A DNA stretch of 56,156 nt, filler included, from Circinaria calcarea (taxonomy: Eukaryota), in assembly GCA_051942165.1 (NCBI GenBank). It is 3 parts of 3 records of this genome, joined end to end, with 100 filler letters (N's around TTAATTAATTAA, not from the genome) between each part and the next. Parts side by side here need not be neighbours in the genome. Positions count along the whole stretch, not along the records: positions 37,591 to 56,156 come from JAVECS010000232.1; 2 more parts are not named here. One strand, 5' to 3'. Shown piece by piece: positions 45,146 through 56,156 of this stretch (positions within the stretch are counted from its first letter, which is position 1; every line of letters begins with the position of its first letter). Below the pieces are notes generated by a model. The model was not told the DNA's origin. It searched no databases and was given only the letters and a program-made list of their open reading frames with translations. The position numbers and the translations under genes were made by a program.

Positions 45146-47594
45146 ATGACTTCCAAGGGTCAATGTATTTGGGCTACTTGCCTATGCACTAAAGGAGTAT
45201 GTATTATGATTGGTATGATGAGTTCTGACGCAAAATGTAAAGACTGTGGCCATCTTATGGTGGAGCACACACAAAGGATGGATGGCAATTCCCATGGTAC
45301 TACAACTAAGATCTTTTATATCAACGCTAATCAACTGCCGGTCAGAAATCCCAAGGTCCAAAAGGCCCGTCCAAATCGCAAGGCACATTTATCATCGCGA
45401 TGAGACAGTCAAACTACTTTTCCAGCGAGCACAGAGTTTACGAGTTGTCCTTGTACGATCGCCTCCAGGATCAGGAAAAACCATCTTGAAAAATCTCCTT
45501 CATAACTGGATTTTGCAGACCCAATCAGATTATACTTCATGTTGCTTTCAATGGCCACGTCAAGGATATAACCGTCAAGAAAAATGGGCAGAAGATGTTG
45601 AAGAACTAACGGAATCAGATAGCTAGCTTTCGAACTCGCGTCTCTTTCTTCTAATTCATGAAGCTCAATTTTCTTATGAGAATGGGCACTTCTGGAAAAC
45701 AGCGTGCGAAGGTTTTCGAAATAATGACGGTGCCAGAATTGTGTTATTTGCTGTGTGGGGTTCCGCCGGAAGCCAAATCATTGCCCTTCCATCCGAGGTG
45801 TTACTGGGAGACCCAAGGCAACGCATTTCCCTAAGGCCACGCAGTTTTGATGAAGATCAACTCGCAGTTGGCTTTAGCCAGTCCGAGGACTTAGAAGCAA
45901 TCAAGAGTATGATCCCAAGTCCAGCGCCGCCAGTAGTCCGGCAGTCCGGACTGCAGTCCACCTATTAAATAATAGAAATTAGATAGAGGGAAAATAATGG
46001 GGAGCTTTCGGAATCTTGATTTTCCGGCGAATTTAAACTTTAGACTAGTCTTTATTAGGTGATTTTCGACGTCATGCTGCGTAATTTATTGAAACACCAC
46101 ACCAAAAAACTCGTGATTTTAAAATACTAGTATTAGCGCTGTAAATATCCCCGAGCTCCTAAATATAGAAAACTTCTACCACATATTTCCTTTAATTTTA
46201 TTCTACATGTCTTGGCAGTCCGGACTGCACTGACAGTCCAGACCGCAGTCCAGACTGATAGTCCAGTCCAGTATACCTGGACTGGACTGCTAGTCCCAGT
46301 TCACCCTTCAGACCGCCAAGCCAGTCACAGTCCAGCCTCTGGACTGGACTGTTTGGACTACTGGCGGCGCTGTCCAAGTCATAGATTACAGCAAAGTAAC
46401 CCCAATACAATCTGTATATATGAAGAAGTATGCATGGACATACTTATATGGACCGAAGGTCATTCTGGTCAGACACATGCACTGGTAGACTACGCACCTA
46501 ACAATCAGGTATATGATCTTAAACATTAAGCATCTCCCGATTGACGCCTTACATGAAATATAGGCAGAACATCTGCGTAACAATCCTGCTCGCTTTACGG
46601 CCCCTCAAAAGATAACCAGGAGTGACGTCGAGATCTGCATGAAATCCTTCGCATTCTATGAGACTTGCCAGGGCATGGGCAGATACGTACCAAAAATACA
46701 GGACATGATGTATATTCCGAATAGCGAGCTAGGTGATCAAGTTCGGGATACACTTAGGTAGATGGCACGAGTTGGCTTCGTCGAACGGCCGACTAGTACC
46801 TCTCGATCTTCCAGTCTTAAATGGATATACGAGCGGGGTTGGGTGCAAGAAGATGATGATGGGAAGGGAAGATTCATTGATTACTTCCCATCTAAAATTA
46901 GTAAAGAGTGGGTGATGACTGAATCCACACCGATTAAACGCATAGCTAATAATGTAGGCTCTGGCGATATATGCTTTTGCGTGACAAGATCACCGAGGAC
47001 TATCCTCTTGAGTTCAAAAGTCTAAAAGAATGGTGTTTTACTGCCATTAAAGGATTCAGCGCAACACAGCTGCGGACTCAAAATGCACTTGGCCAACAAA
47101 TACGGAGAGGCCTGCTATTGCCGGAGGCTCAGTATGGCGATCTATTGTTCCACAACCTCCTTGAGTCGTCGTCGTCCCGATTCACAATCTTAAGCGAGTT
47201 TCACATATCTGGCCTGAATCCTGGTCGTGTTGATTTCTTGATTGAGAAATTTGGGTGGATAATTGAACTTCTGCAAGGGGGCGACAAATTCACAAAGCAC
47301 ATAGAAAGATTCGAACCAGGAGGCTCATACTTCGAGTCCGCGAAAGGCAAGGAATACGCGCTTCTTAATTTCTGTCCGAAAGGCCAGAACAAAGCAAGAC
47401 AGCTTGGTGCTGTAGAGACCCAAAAGCTGCTCCCCGCCCGTGGGTCTATTATAGATTATACTAGAACCAAAACGCTGACTATCGCGCCAGAGCATGAGCA
47501 CATATTTCATGTCGAGTTTGAAGACGACGGCCAAGGCCCAATACCGTACGCTATATTGGATAGCGGTCTTGAGGTATTAACATATGGATACTAG
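45146..47594 (+). pseudogene. Crinkler/CR-effector-like gene (Cys/His N-terminal module + P-loop NTPase + PD-(D/E)xK nuclease), inactivated
   Basis: Walker A VRSPPGSGKT, Walker-B-like LLIHEAQFSY, TEGHSG, and C-terminal PEAQY..SEF..GRVDFLIEKFGWIIELL..HIERFEPGGSY. In-frame TAG at 45624-45626 and 46759-46761; MITE at 45922-46372. Confidence 0.8.
45922..46372. mobile_element. 451-bp hAT-like MITE
   Basis: Perfect 18-bp TIR CAGCGCCGCCAGTAGTCC / GGACTACTGGCGGCGCTG; 8-bp TSD CCCAAGTC (45914-45921) vs TCCAAGTC (46373-46380); subterminal CAGTCC/GGACTG arrays and an AT-rich core. Confidence 0.9.
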
Positions 47595-48904
47595 TTCATG
47601 TGAGGATGGCTTGACATTTGAGTTCAACCTCGGAGCGCCACGCCCAAGGGTAAAATCTCTACTAAATCGAGAATAGTTGGAAATTCAACAGAGCTAGCCA
47701 ACTAGCTTGATGATAGGCGTTTTTAAGGTTGACCGCCAGTAATTCTAGTCGAGAATGGCCTAAAACCTACGGTGAATCACGAAGGCGTTTAGATATTGCC
47801 GGTGAGAATTACTCAGTCTAGAAACCGTGCAATGGAGATTTTCCTACCACCTGTTGCCGTTGATCTTTAATGCCAGAAATCCTCTGTCCCTTCTTCCGCC
47901 CTTTCCGTTTTATATTCCTCTGCCCAGTCCTGGTCTCTCTAATTTCCTTTGCTTCCTCTCGTCTTCCCTACTCCTAACCCATCTCGAGAGGCCGAGCAGG
48001 AGTTCCATCTCCTGCTTCTTGCTTTTTAGCAGTTTCACTATCTGTTTCTATTTCACGTGCCGTGGCCCCACGTTATCTTTTGCCTTTCGACAAGCCCTCC
48101 TCGAGTGCCTTGTGACCAGTCTCCTAAGCCAAGCCAGCGAGCTTCCATCCATACCAAACTCGTCTTCCTCAACCCGTTGCCCATAGGCTATGACCATGCC
48201 CTGCTCCCTCCTCGCATCTATTGCAGGATTTTTTGTAGATCGCCGCGGTTTGAGTTCAAAGAGGTTGTGATCATTCGCCTCCTTTATAAGGTATCCCCCG
48301 AGACACTCTGTCACGGGAGTACTAGCATCATGTGGAAAATAGTAAGGGAATTGCTGTTTTCGTCTCATGGCTAATCAAGGCTTTAAGGCCCACTGGCCTG
48401 CTGATAGGCTTCTTCCTCCTCTCCCATGGCACACTCTCAGGTCTTCACGCGAAGGCTGGGGGCGAGGCAGGGGTGGTGTTGCGAATTTTGGATTTGGAAA
48501 AGGGGAAGGGAGTAGGGGAAGAAAACAGGACGGCGAAACCACCAGGGCCACCAAAAGCAGCGCTAGTAATATTTGAACCCGATCTTGGTCATATTCCCTG
48601 CCTGAACACTGTTGTGCCTATACGCTCTTTCACTGCCTCCATGGCCGGTATTATAAGCCGAGAACGTTTTCGTTCCTCGTGCTTAGCAGCTATTACTGAG
48701 CTTTAGAGCTCCTAATTCTTCCGTATTTTATTCCCATGAGAAATGGTAGCCTGCTCTATCTACTTGCTATCTTCGCAGTGTATGAAACAGCTCTCAGTTT
48801 CACTGCAGAAGGCTTGTTAGAGTGGCAACGGCATGGCGACAGCGAGGGCAGGGCGAACTAAAGGGGTACCGCAATAGAATGGGATTAGTAGGCTGACGGG
48901 TTAC

Positions 48905-49255
48905 GGGATGTCCCGGATTATTGGAATTGATTTTGGACCCTGAAAAATTGCCAAGTGAGCATTTGGTGAACAAGGATTTGATTTCGTAAATACATACAAA
49001 TTTAGTACCATGTCATAAATAGGTCGGGATTTATTTCTGGCGATTTTGGAAATATTTTAATGTTAAGAACACGACAAAATTATTAGGACTGGGGCGAACT
49101 AGTGCGCGAATAGCGTGAGTTCGGAAGGGTATGCTGAAAGTAGAAAGTCAATAGGCTGGTTCTGCGCAAAGTTCGGCGCATTCTAAAGGCTAATAACAGC
49201 GCCGATATCACGAAATTAATTTAGTAAAATCGATTTTAATAATCGGGGACATCCC
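48905..49255. mobile_element. Degenerate inverted-repeat element (MITE-like relic)
   Basis: GGGATGTCCCGGATTATTGGAATTGATTTT at 48905 pairs with the reverse complement of 49226-49255 (GGGATGTCCCCGATTATTAAAATCGATTTT); AT-rich interior; no clear TSD. Confidence 0.55.
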
Positions 49256-49436
49256 AACAGGCCCTAAGTATTTCGCGGGCAATTTTCTACCCCTCTAGGC
49301 CGAAAACTTGGTGGGCATGACTAAGAAATTTCGGCAAATTTCATGTTAAAGAGTCACAACGTACAATGAGTAGTAATGGGGCTTCACGGACCTTAACAAC
49401 AGCACCAGTAACGCTCGGCAGATGAAATCTCTACAG

Positions 49437-51332
49437 ATGACAGATGAATTAATCCCGGGGCTATTAGATGCCCTATCAACTACTAACGAGTCAATCCTCA
49501 CCGCCGATATCTTCCCATCAATTCCCTTCAATACAGTTAAAAGCGCCTTGGACCGACTAGGTTCTCGTGAACTGATAACTTACAAACAGATCGACCGGGA
49601 AGAGGCTATTTTGACAGAAGAAGGTCGGGGAATTGCTGCCAACGGAAGTCATGAAGCGAAGGTGTTCGAGGCGGTGAGGAAAGCCATAGAGGGCTTGAAG
49701 ATTGAGGACCTGCCAGTATGCCAGTTCGACTGATGGTAGGATGGAATGTGGCTGATGGGTAATTCAGGGCATTGTGGGCAAGGAGAGTGCAAAAGTTGGT
49801 CAGGGCAAGGCACTGAAGGAAAAATGGATTACCAAGGACAAGGACGGCTTCAAGGCCAATGTAGCGAATATACTACCGAAGACTGTATGCAAGGCCACTG
49901 ATGCCTCCAACAGGTAGATTCAATTGTCGATACATCTCGCGAGCAGATACAGATCATCCAACAAACTAAGACACATCCCGATACCAAAGTTATCAGCGAT
50001 CTACGGAAGAGGAAGCTCATTACCATGCAAAAGGCCATAACCTTCGAAGTCACCAAAGGACCAAAGTTCGCAAGAGACTTTGTCAAGGAGGAGACTGACT
50101 TGACCGCGGATATGCTGGCGAGGTAGGCAGTCACGCGGATATAGCGGTTATGAATATTTTCAGCTGATGGGGCTAAAGTGGAGCTTGGAAGAACGCCCAT
50201 CTCAAGCCTTACAACTTCAAGTCCAAGGGTGCTCTGACTCCAAGTGGCGCGCTACACCCTCGTGAGTCCATCAAATAAGGCAGCGCTGTCTGGATGTACT
50301 GTTTAGCTACTAACATTGGCTAAAGTAAACAAGGTTCGGCACGAGTTCCGACAGATCTTCTTCGAGATGGGCTTTGAAGAAATGCCCACTAATCGGTAGG
50401 TGCTTCCTACTCAGTCTATTAACTACGACTGATTTTTAAAAGCTACGTTGAGACCGGTTTCTGGAATTTTGATGCCCTTTTCGTACCTCAGCAGCATCCG
50501 GCTCGAGATCTGCAAGACACCTTCTATATATCCGACCCTCCAAAGGCAGAGAAACCACGAGCAGATCCTTCAGCGCCAGAGGCCAACCTTAAGCAAGACT
50601 ATGACCAATACTGGGAAAACGTCAAGGAAGTGCATGAGAACGGAAAGTATGGCTCAATAGGCTATCGGTATCCGTGGAAGGAGGATGAATCCCTTCGACT
50701 TGTACTGCGGACTCATACTACTGCGATCTCTACCTACATATTACACACACTCGCCGCCCACCCCCGCCCCGCCAGGTATTTCTCCATCGACCGAGTCTTC
50801 CGCAACGAGAGTGTGGATGCCACCCATCTGGCAGAGTTTCATCAGGTCGAAGGGGTCATTGCAGACTTCGGTCTTACTCTCGGAGGTCTAATCGGATTCA
50901 TGGAGGTCTTCTTTTCCAAGATGGGAATTCATAGGTTACGTTTCAAGCCGGCGTACAATCCATACACCGAACCGAGTATGGAGATATTCGGATATCATGA
51001 AGGCTTGCACAAGTGGGTGGAGATTGGGAATAGCGGTATGTTCAGGCCTGAGATGCTGGAACCTATGGGTTTGCCCAGAGACATGAGGGTCTACGGCTGG
51101 GGGCTAAGTCTCGAAAGACCTACCATGATCAAGTAAGTAGCTTCCATCCAGTGTATGCATCTACTTCACAATGCGCAGAGGGAGAGATTGAGGCGATAAC
51201 CTACGCAACTGCGAAGCAAAAACTAATGTTCTGGACAGATACGGCGTCAATAACATAAGGGAGCTTCTGGGACATAAAGTCGATTTGAATTTTGTGGAAA
51301 GAAATCCTGCAGTCAGGCTAGAAAAAGATTAG
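49437..51332 (+). CDS. FRS2: Cytoplasmic phenylalanyl-tRNA synthetase alpha subunit, about 7 exons
   Basis: [74 protein letters not shown] and [14 protein letters not shown]. Confidence 0.97.
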
Positions 51333-51828
51333 TGTAGACGTATCAGACCGATAGAATCGGCAATCGAGCACACATACCTTGTTGAAACCCATGCCCAGGA
51401 CAGTATTCTGGTCACTGTACTTGGGACTGGGGAGTTGTATCCCAGTCTTCCTTCCCGCTACAACGATTCATATATCCCTTGGAATCCCTCCTTCGGCTTC
51501 ACTAATATCCCCAGCAGACACCGGCTTCCTTGATTCCTACCATTCGAGGCGGACAACCGAGCTCATTGATGCCTGTTGGCTCGGCCATTCCGACGTGATG
51601 GGACTTTAATGGTGGGCGCTGGCTTTCGATTCAGAACCTGGGTCTTCTTCAATCGAGGCGGTGGAGGCACAGAGGATTTGCTGCCGAAAGAAACTTCTGA
51701 GGTAAGAATCATGTTTCTCGGATGCTGGAGAAGCGATCTCGGCGAGGACCCCACTAGATAAGAACACCGGGTACCTTGACACTGGGAGCGTCACAACAAA
51801 CACCTTAATCGGATTCTTCCATTTCTGC

Positions 51829-52459
51829 ATGCTCGCACGCAACTACATCCGGCCTCGTCCACTGTCTTGTCATTTACCACTTCTCTTTTCCCGTATAACC
51901 CGAGTATCACGAACCAGCGCGGATACCCCGCCATCCCGTAACATGGCGGACTTCAAAGCCGTCGACACTCAAGATGCTTGCCCCCGTAAGCCATCTGAAG
52001 AGGTCGGCTTGATTCATGGCAGCTAATATGGTGCTTGTACAGCCGCCGGTCCCTACGTACGTTTTTTCCTTCCCCCGACCAAGCACCCTCACCTTCCCCC
52101 TGCTACGACCCGTCCTAATATCGGTCCCCATCCCATAGTCCCAAGCCATCAAGACCTCCTCAGTCATCTACGTCTCGGGCCAAATCCCCGCCACGCCCTC
52201 TGGCGACCTCGTCACAGGCACCATCGCCGAGAAGACGGCGGCCTGCTGCTCCAACATCAAAGCCATCCTCGCGGCCGCCAACTCCTCGATCGACAAGGTC
52301 GTCAAGGTCAATGTGTTTTTGACGGACATGGCCAATTTCGGCGAGTTGAACGGCGAGTACGAGAAGTGGTTTGTGGGCAAGCCGGCGAGGAGTTGCGTGG
52401 CGGTGAAGCAGTTGCCCAAGGGAGTGGATGTGGAGATTGAGTGCATTGCGCTCCCTTGA
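51829..52459 (+). CDS. RidA/YjgF/UK114 family deaminase (Mmf1/Hmf1-like), 3 exons
   Basis: Spliced P|PAGPY|SQAIK..IYVSGQIP..NIKAIL..VVKVNVFLTDMANFGELNGEY..KPARSCVAVKQLPKGVDVEIECIA; 14-nt exon at 52043-52056. Confidence 0.95.
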
Positions 52460-54006
52460 GGAAGGCAGTGAGGGACAGTATGGGGGAGGATGGATCAGGT
52501 TGGACCGGAGAGACATGGGGACATGTGTGCATTCCCGTCGATACCAAATTCGATTCATCGCATCCGGGTAGCTGGATCATTCCCCAATGACTGCATCAAG
52601 GAAGGCACTCGTGTAGCTTAGGCCTATAGATTAAGTTTAGGGGATTCCGAGCTTTAAACAAAGGTGGTTGTTGCTCAGCGAACCTCCCGTGCCCCATGAA
52701 GGTACGTGGCCCTATGAGACGATCTCATCCGGTAACCGGTGAAGTCGTCGAACAGGAGCAAAGCAGTCTACGATTGGTCTCGGAGTGCAGGCCAGGAAGG
52801 GCTGCGAGATAGTGTGCATGCTGTTGGTATCTACCTTGGCGTGTTCAAGGACGGGACCCTTCAAGTGTATGTACGTGTAGTAACCTGAGACGATGAATCT
52901 TTTGCTCGCGACGTGCTTCGACCTTTTCTTTCCCTTTCCCTTTCCCTCAATTCCCTTGTTCTTCCTAGCAGTCCTTGGGGAAGAACAATCTTGTGCGGAA
53001 GGGGAGCCATCACGGAGCAAGCAGGCCACCTCCCGACGCTAATGCCCGGATGTCGAGTCCTCTTTCGACCTAGCGTGGAGCGAGCAGTTATCCTTGCTCC
53101 CGCCGCAGAGATTTCAGCTACTGTAAATTAAACTCCCTGGTGGCCAACCTCAATGGCCGCTCATCGAAATGCAATTCTTTCAGACAAGTACCAGTATCCC
53201 CCTTTCAAGCTGACAGAGCTAAGCCGACAGCAAATGAAATTCCGAGAAGTGATCGGACGATTCGCTGCGGGAAGGTCCTCCAACGCGCTTCTCATTCACT
53301 GTCGAGACCGGTGGCCGGCTATGGCTCATATCAGGTCTCATCTCGGGCTACAAGAGGTCCAAAACTCAAGCCAAGGTCAGGATACTTGGGCCAATCAGCA
53401 GATAAGACGCGCTTTCAAGACATAGGAGTGGGTCCGCCGTGCCTCCGATCTGCCAGTCATCTACCCGGGTACTCCGCCAATTGGGGTCCACGGTTACAGA
53501 TCGGTGAATGCTACCACAAACATCTGGTCGGGACTTGGTCGGGACCGTTTTCTACGCATTCCTCGAGGTCCCCTCCCTACAGTCGCTGCATGTAGAGAGT
53601 CGAGCTAGAAGCAGAAGGTAGAATAACCTCCCCGCCACAGGTATCCCTTCCCATTTCAAACTGCTCACGGCCTCGGCCGTTTTTCCATCTTCTCTCCCAG
53701 ATGACAGCACTTCAGGCGCGTCCTTGGTATCCCGGTGTACAGTACTTTCCCAACCAGTCCGTCTTTCGTCGGAGTCATTTTATTTAAACATTATACTACC
53801 TCATTCACGGTGCCGTCCAAACCTCCTTACACGCCAAAATTCAGCCATCAGCCACTGTCATTCTCCCTATGCGCGGTTCGGCCATGGTAGAAAACTAGAC
53901 ACAGCCCTGCAAGTTATCTTCTTCGTCGATTGCCCTCCCTTCTCCCCTGACCTCATCCTGGGCTTCTTCCCGGGACCGAGGGGCATTTTTTTTCAGACTC
54001 GATAAC

Positions 54007-55766
54007 ATGCCCAAGGTCGCTGTACCAATGTACAATCACGCACAAGTCGAGACCAGGGGCCTTGCTCTTCTCATTATCAATGCTGTCTTCATCGGGGTGG
54101 TGGTGCTGGTAGTGGTGATGAGGTTCTGGACACGCGCAAAGATTACTGGCAGCTTTGGGGGAGATGATGTTCTGATTGGGCTTGCCGTTGTGGGTACTGC
54201 ATGATATCTCTGCGCTAGCCAAAGACTGACGGTTGCAAAGGTACCCGCCATTGGGCTTACAGCAGCTGTACTTCTTGCCGACCGGAAATATGGTTGGAAC
54301 AGTAAGTCGCCACGATCATGGTCCCCTTTTGCTGCCGCTGGACGAAGCTGAATTTCTAGGACACCTATGGGATCTAGATCTTTCTCAGCTCCGTCATGGT
54401 CTTCAGCTTCAATTCGCCGGCATCATTCTGTTCACCGTTGCCTCATACTTCACAAAGTTATCTCTTCTGGCCTTTTATCGTCGTCTCTTAACCACTTCCA
54501 ACTATAAGCCCTTCAACTTTCTGCTGATATCCGTTTCCATACTTTGGACCGCCATGTTCTTTTGGTTCTTAATTAATTATTTCAGGATTTGTCGGTAGGC
54601 TGTAATGTCCCGTGTCCTTTAGACGGCCTCCCGTCCTTACATTAACTCGATTGGCTTGCAGTCCAGTTCCCGCGTTTTGGGACAACATCCCACCTCTTGC
54701 GAAACCAAGTTACCCTTTCGTATGTGTCGACTCCAGGCGTGCCATGTTCATCGGCAGCTTAGTCAACTCAATCCAAGATTTCGTAATGATCATTCTACCT
54801 ATCCCCATCGTCTGGAAATTGAAGCTACCAGTACGCCAGCGCATCATTGTCATCTCACTCTTCTGTTTGGGCATCATCGTCGTGATAGCTGGTGCTCTCA
54901 AGCTCTTGTTTCTCATCTCCATGAACCGCTCAATCGATAAAACATGGTTTGGGTGGCCATTATGGATAGGTCTACATATCTCTTGGTCCTTGTCGTCATA
55001 CGAGTCAAACTAACTATGCTACAGCTACTGCCGTTGAAATCGACATTGGCATCGTATGTGTTGAGTTCGTCCTAAGCAGCTCACTGTACTCAATCTGATT
55101 TGATAATAGCTTTGTGCCTCGGCCCCTGCCCTCCGACCGTTCTTTGCCAAATATCTTCCACGCCAATTAGATCGGACCTGCTCACGAAGCTCACGAGCCC
55201 GAAATACGCCCAACCCCCAAGACACGTTTGGGTCCAGTCAACCCGTAAGCTATCCAAAGTCTAAGCCGCCATTATCCCGCGACCCATCTCTAAACAGTAG
55301 TCACGGCATTCCCTCAAACAACGGTTGGAATAGTCAGTGTAACGATGCCACGAGAGGTAACCCTGCCAAGGTCGCCCCTCTAGCGCAGATAGTGGAGGCG
55401 AATGCGGATATCGAGATGGATGATCAGAGTGGTACCCAGAAAATTTATGGTTACGCATACGGGAGCGAGGATGATCGGTTCAGCATTGAGCGAGCTTTGG
55501 TTCCGAGAGAAGACGGTGGCGGTAGCGCGGCAGGTAATGATAGCTATCAATGGAGGAGTTACACCGATCGAGATTTACCGGGCTATAAAACCCAGGCTTC
55601 GCGTAGTAACACCAGCTTTGATGGGCGAGGGTATGGAATTGCTATAAGTTATGACGAACGGGCAAGCGACATTTATGACAGGAGTTTCGATAAAGGCCTT
55701 GAGGTCCCCAATAACAACCCGCGGAACCATACATTCTACCGCAGTTCCTCCAGTACTGCGTCATAG
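54007..55766 (+). CDS. PTH11-like / fungal rhodopsin-domain integral membrane protein (no CFEM), about 6 exons
   Basis: MRFWTR..GGDD, H.WD, TKLSLLAFYRRL, C.PV.AFWD, DFVMIILPIPIVWKLKLP.RQR, E..IGI|.CAS.PALRPFF and a long cytoplasmic tail. Confidence 0.92.
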
Positions 55767-56156
55767 CACCAGAGTGGTGGTCAACCTTCTTTTAGCGCGG
55801 TGTTGGCGGTCCTCGATCGATTCTTTTGGGCATCGGCAAGGCAAAGCCATTCTGCCAAAAAGGCTTTTGATTCGGACGGGTGGGGGTAGTAAACTCGGAC
55901 GCAGCCTAGATTACGGCCTTGATTCAGCCAGGGATACTGAAAAGGGAATGTATGTAGATGTACCTGTCTTGAGAAACGCTTACGATTGAAAACCTACAAT
56001 CTCCCAATACCATCTGGTTGGTTTTTTGGAAGGAAAAGGAAAACGGACCTGAGTATTGCCTAGTACCAACCCGAAGAGTGGACACTCGTGTCCAAGCCAT
56101 CTTTATTCACTCTCATTCCAAAGAAACCCCCCCCCCCACCTCCCACAACCATATAA

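Noticed and set aside
45624..46761. Two TAG stops as sites of restorative A-to-I editing
   Set aside because: The MITE between them breaks the frame regardless, and RIP-type CAG-to-TAG change is simpler.
52700..53990. ORFs of 90-150 aa upstream of the PTH11-like gene
   Set aside because: No motifs or coding bias; more likely promoter or leader sequence.

Overview
Eukaryotic DNA from a filamentous ascomycete: short GT-AG introns with CTRAY branch sites, fungal gene families and RIP-like AT-rich repeats. It is not one continuous locus. Two 100-nt spacers (44 N + TTAATTAATTAA + 44 N, at 18744-18843 and 37491-37590) join three segments. Segment 1 has SDH2, a TPR/SET-MYND-like protein, a 70-aa membrane microprotein, two hypothetical proteins, an MFS transporter and an MBD4-like glycosylase, and ends in a RIP-eroded tandem repeat. 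Segment 2 has an intron-rich DMC1 that the ORF track almost misses, GIS2/CNBP, a Mutator-like MITE, UAP1, a cyclophilin-RRM gene, a Zn2Cys6 factor, RPS24, an EFM3-like methyltransferase and a possibly frameshifted orphan. Segment 3 has a TLDc protein, a secreted-protein gene broken by a TGA and a 154-bp solo LTR, an EDEM/MNL1 mannosidase, a Crinkler-type NTPase+nuclease pseudogene split by a hAT-like MITE, PheRS alpha, RidA and a PTH11-like protein. The most novel directly visible signals are three small transposon insertions with exact ends and target-site duplications; two of them interrupt effector/toxin-like genes whose reading frames can be rebuilt by hand. Exon boundaries were read by eye, and family calls rest on motif recognition rather than database searches.
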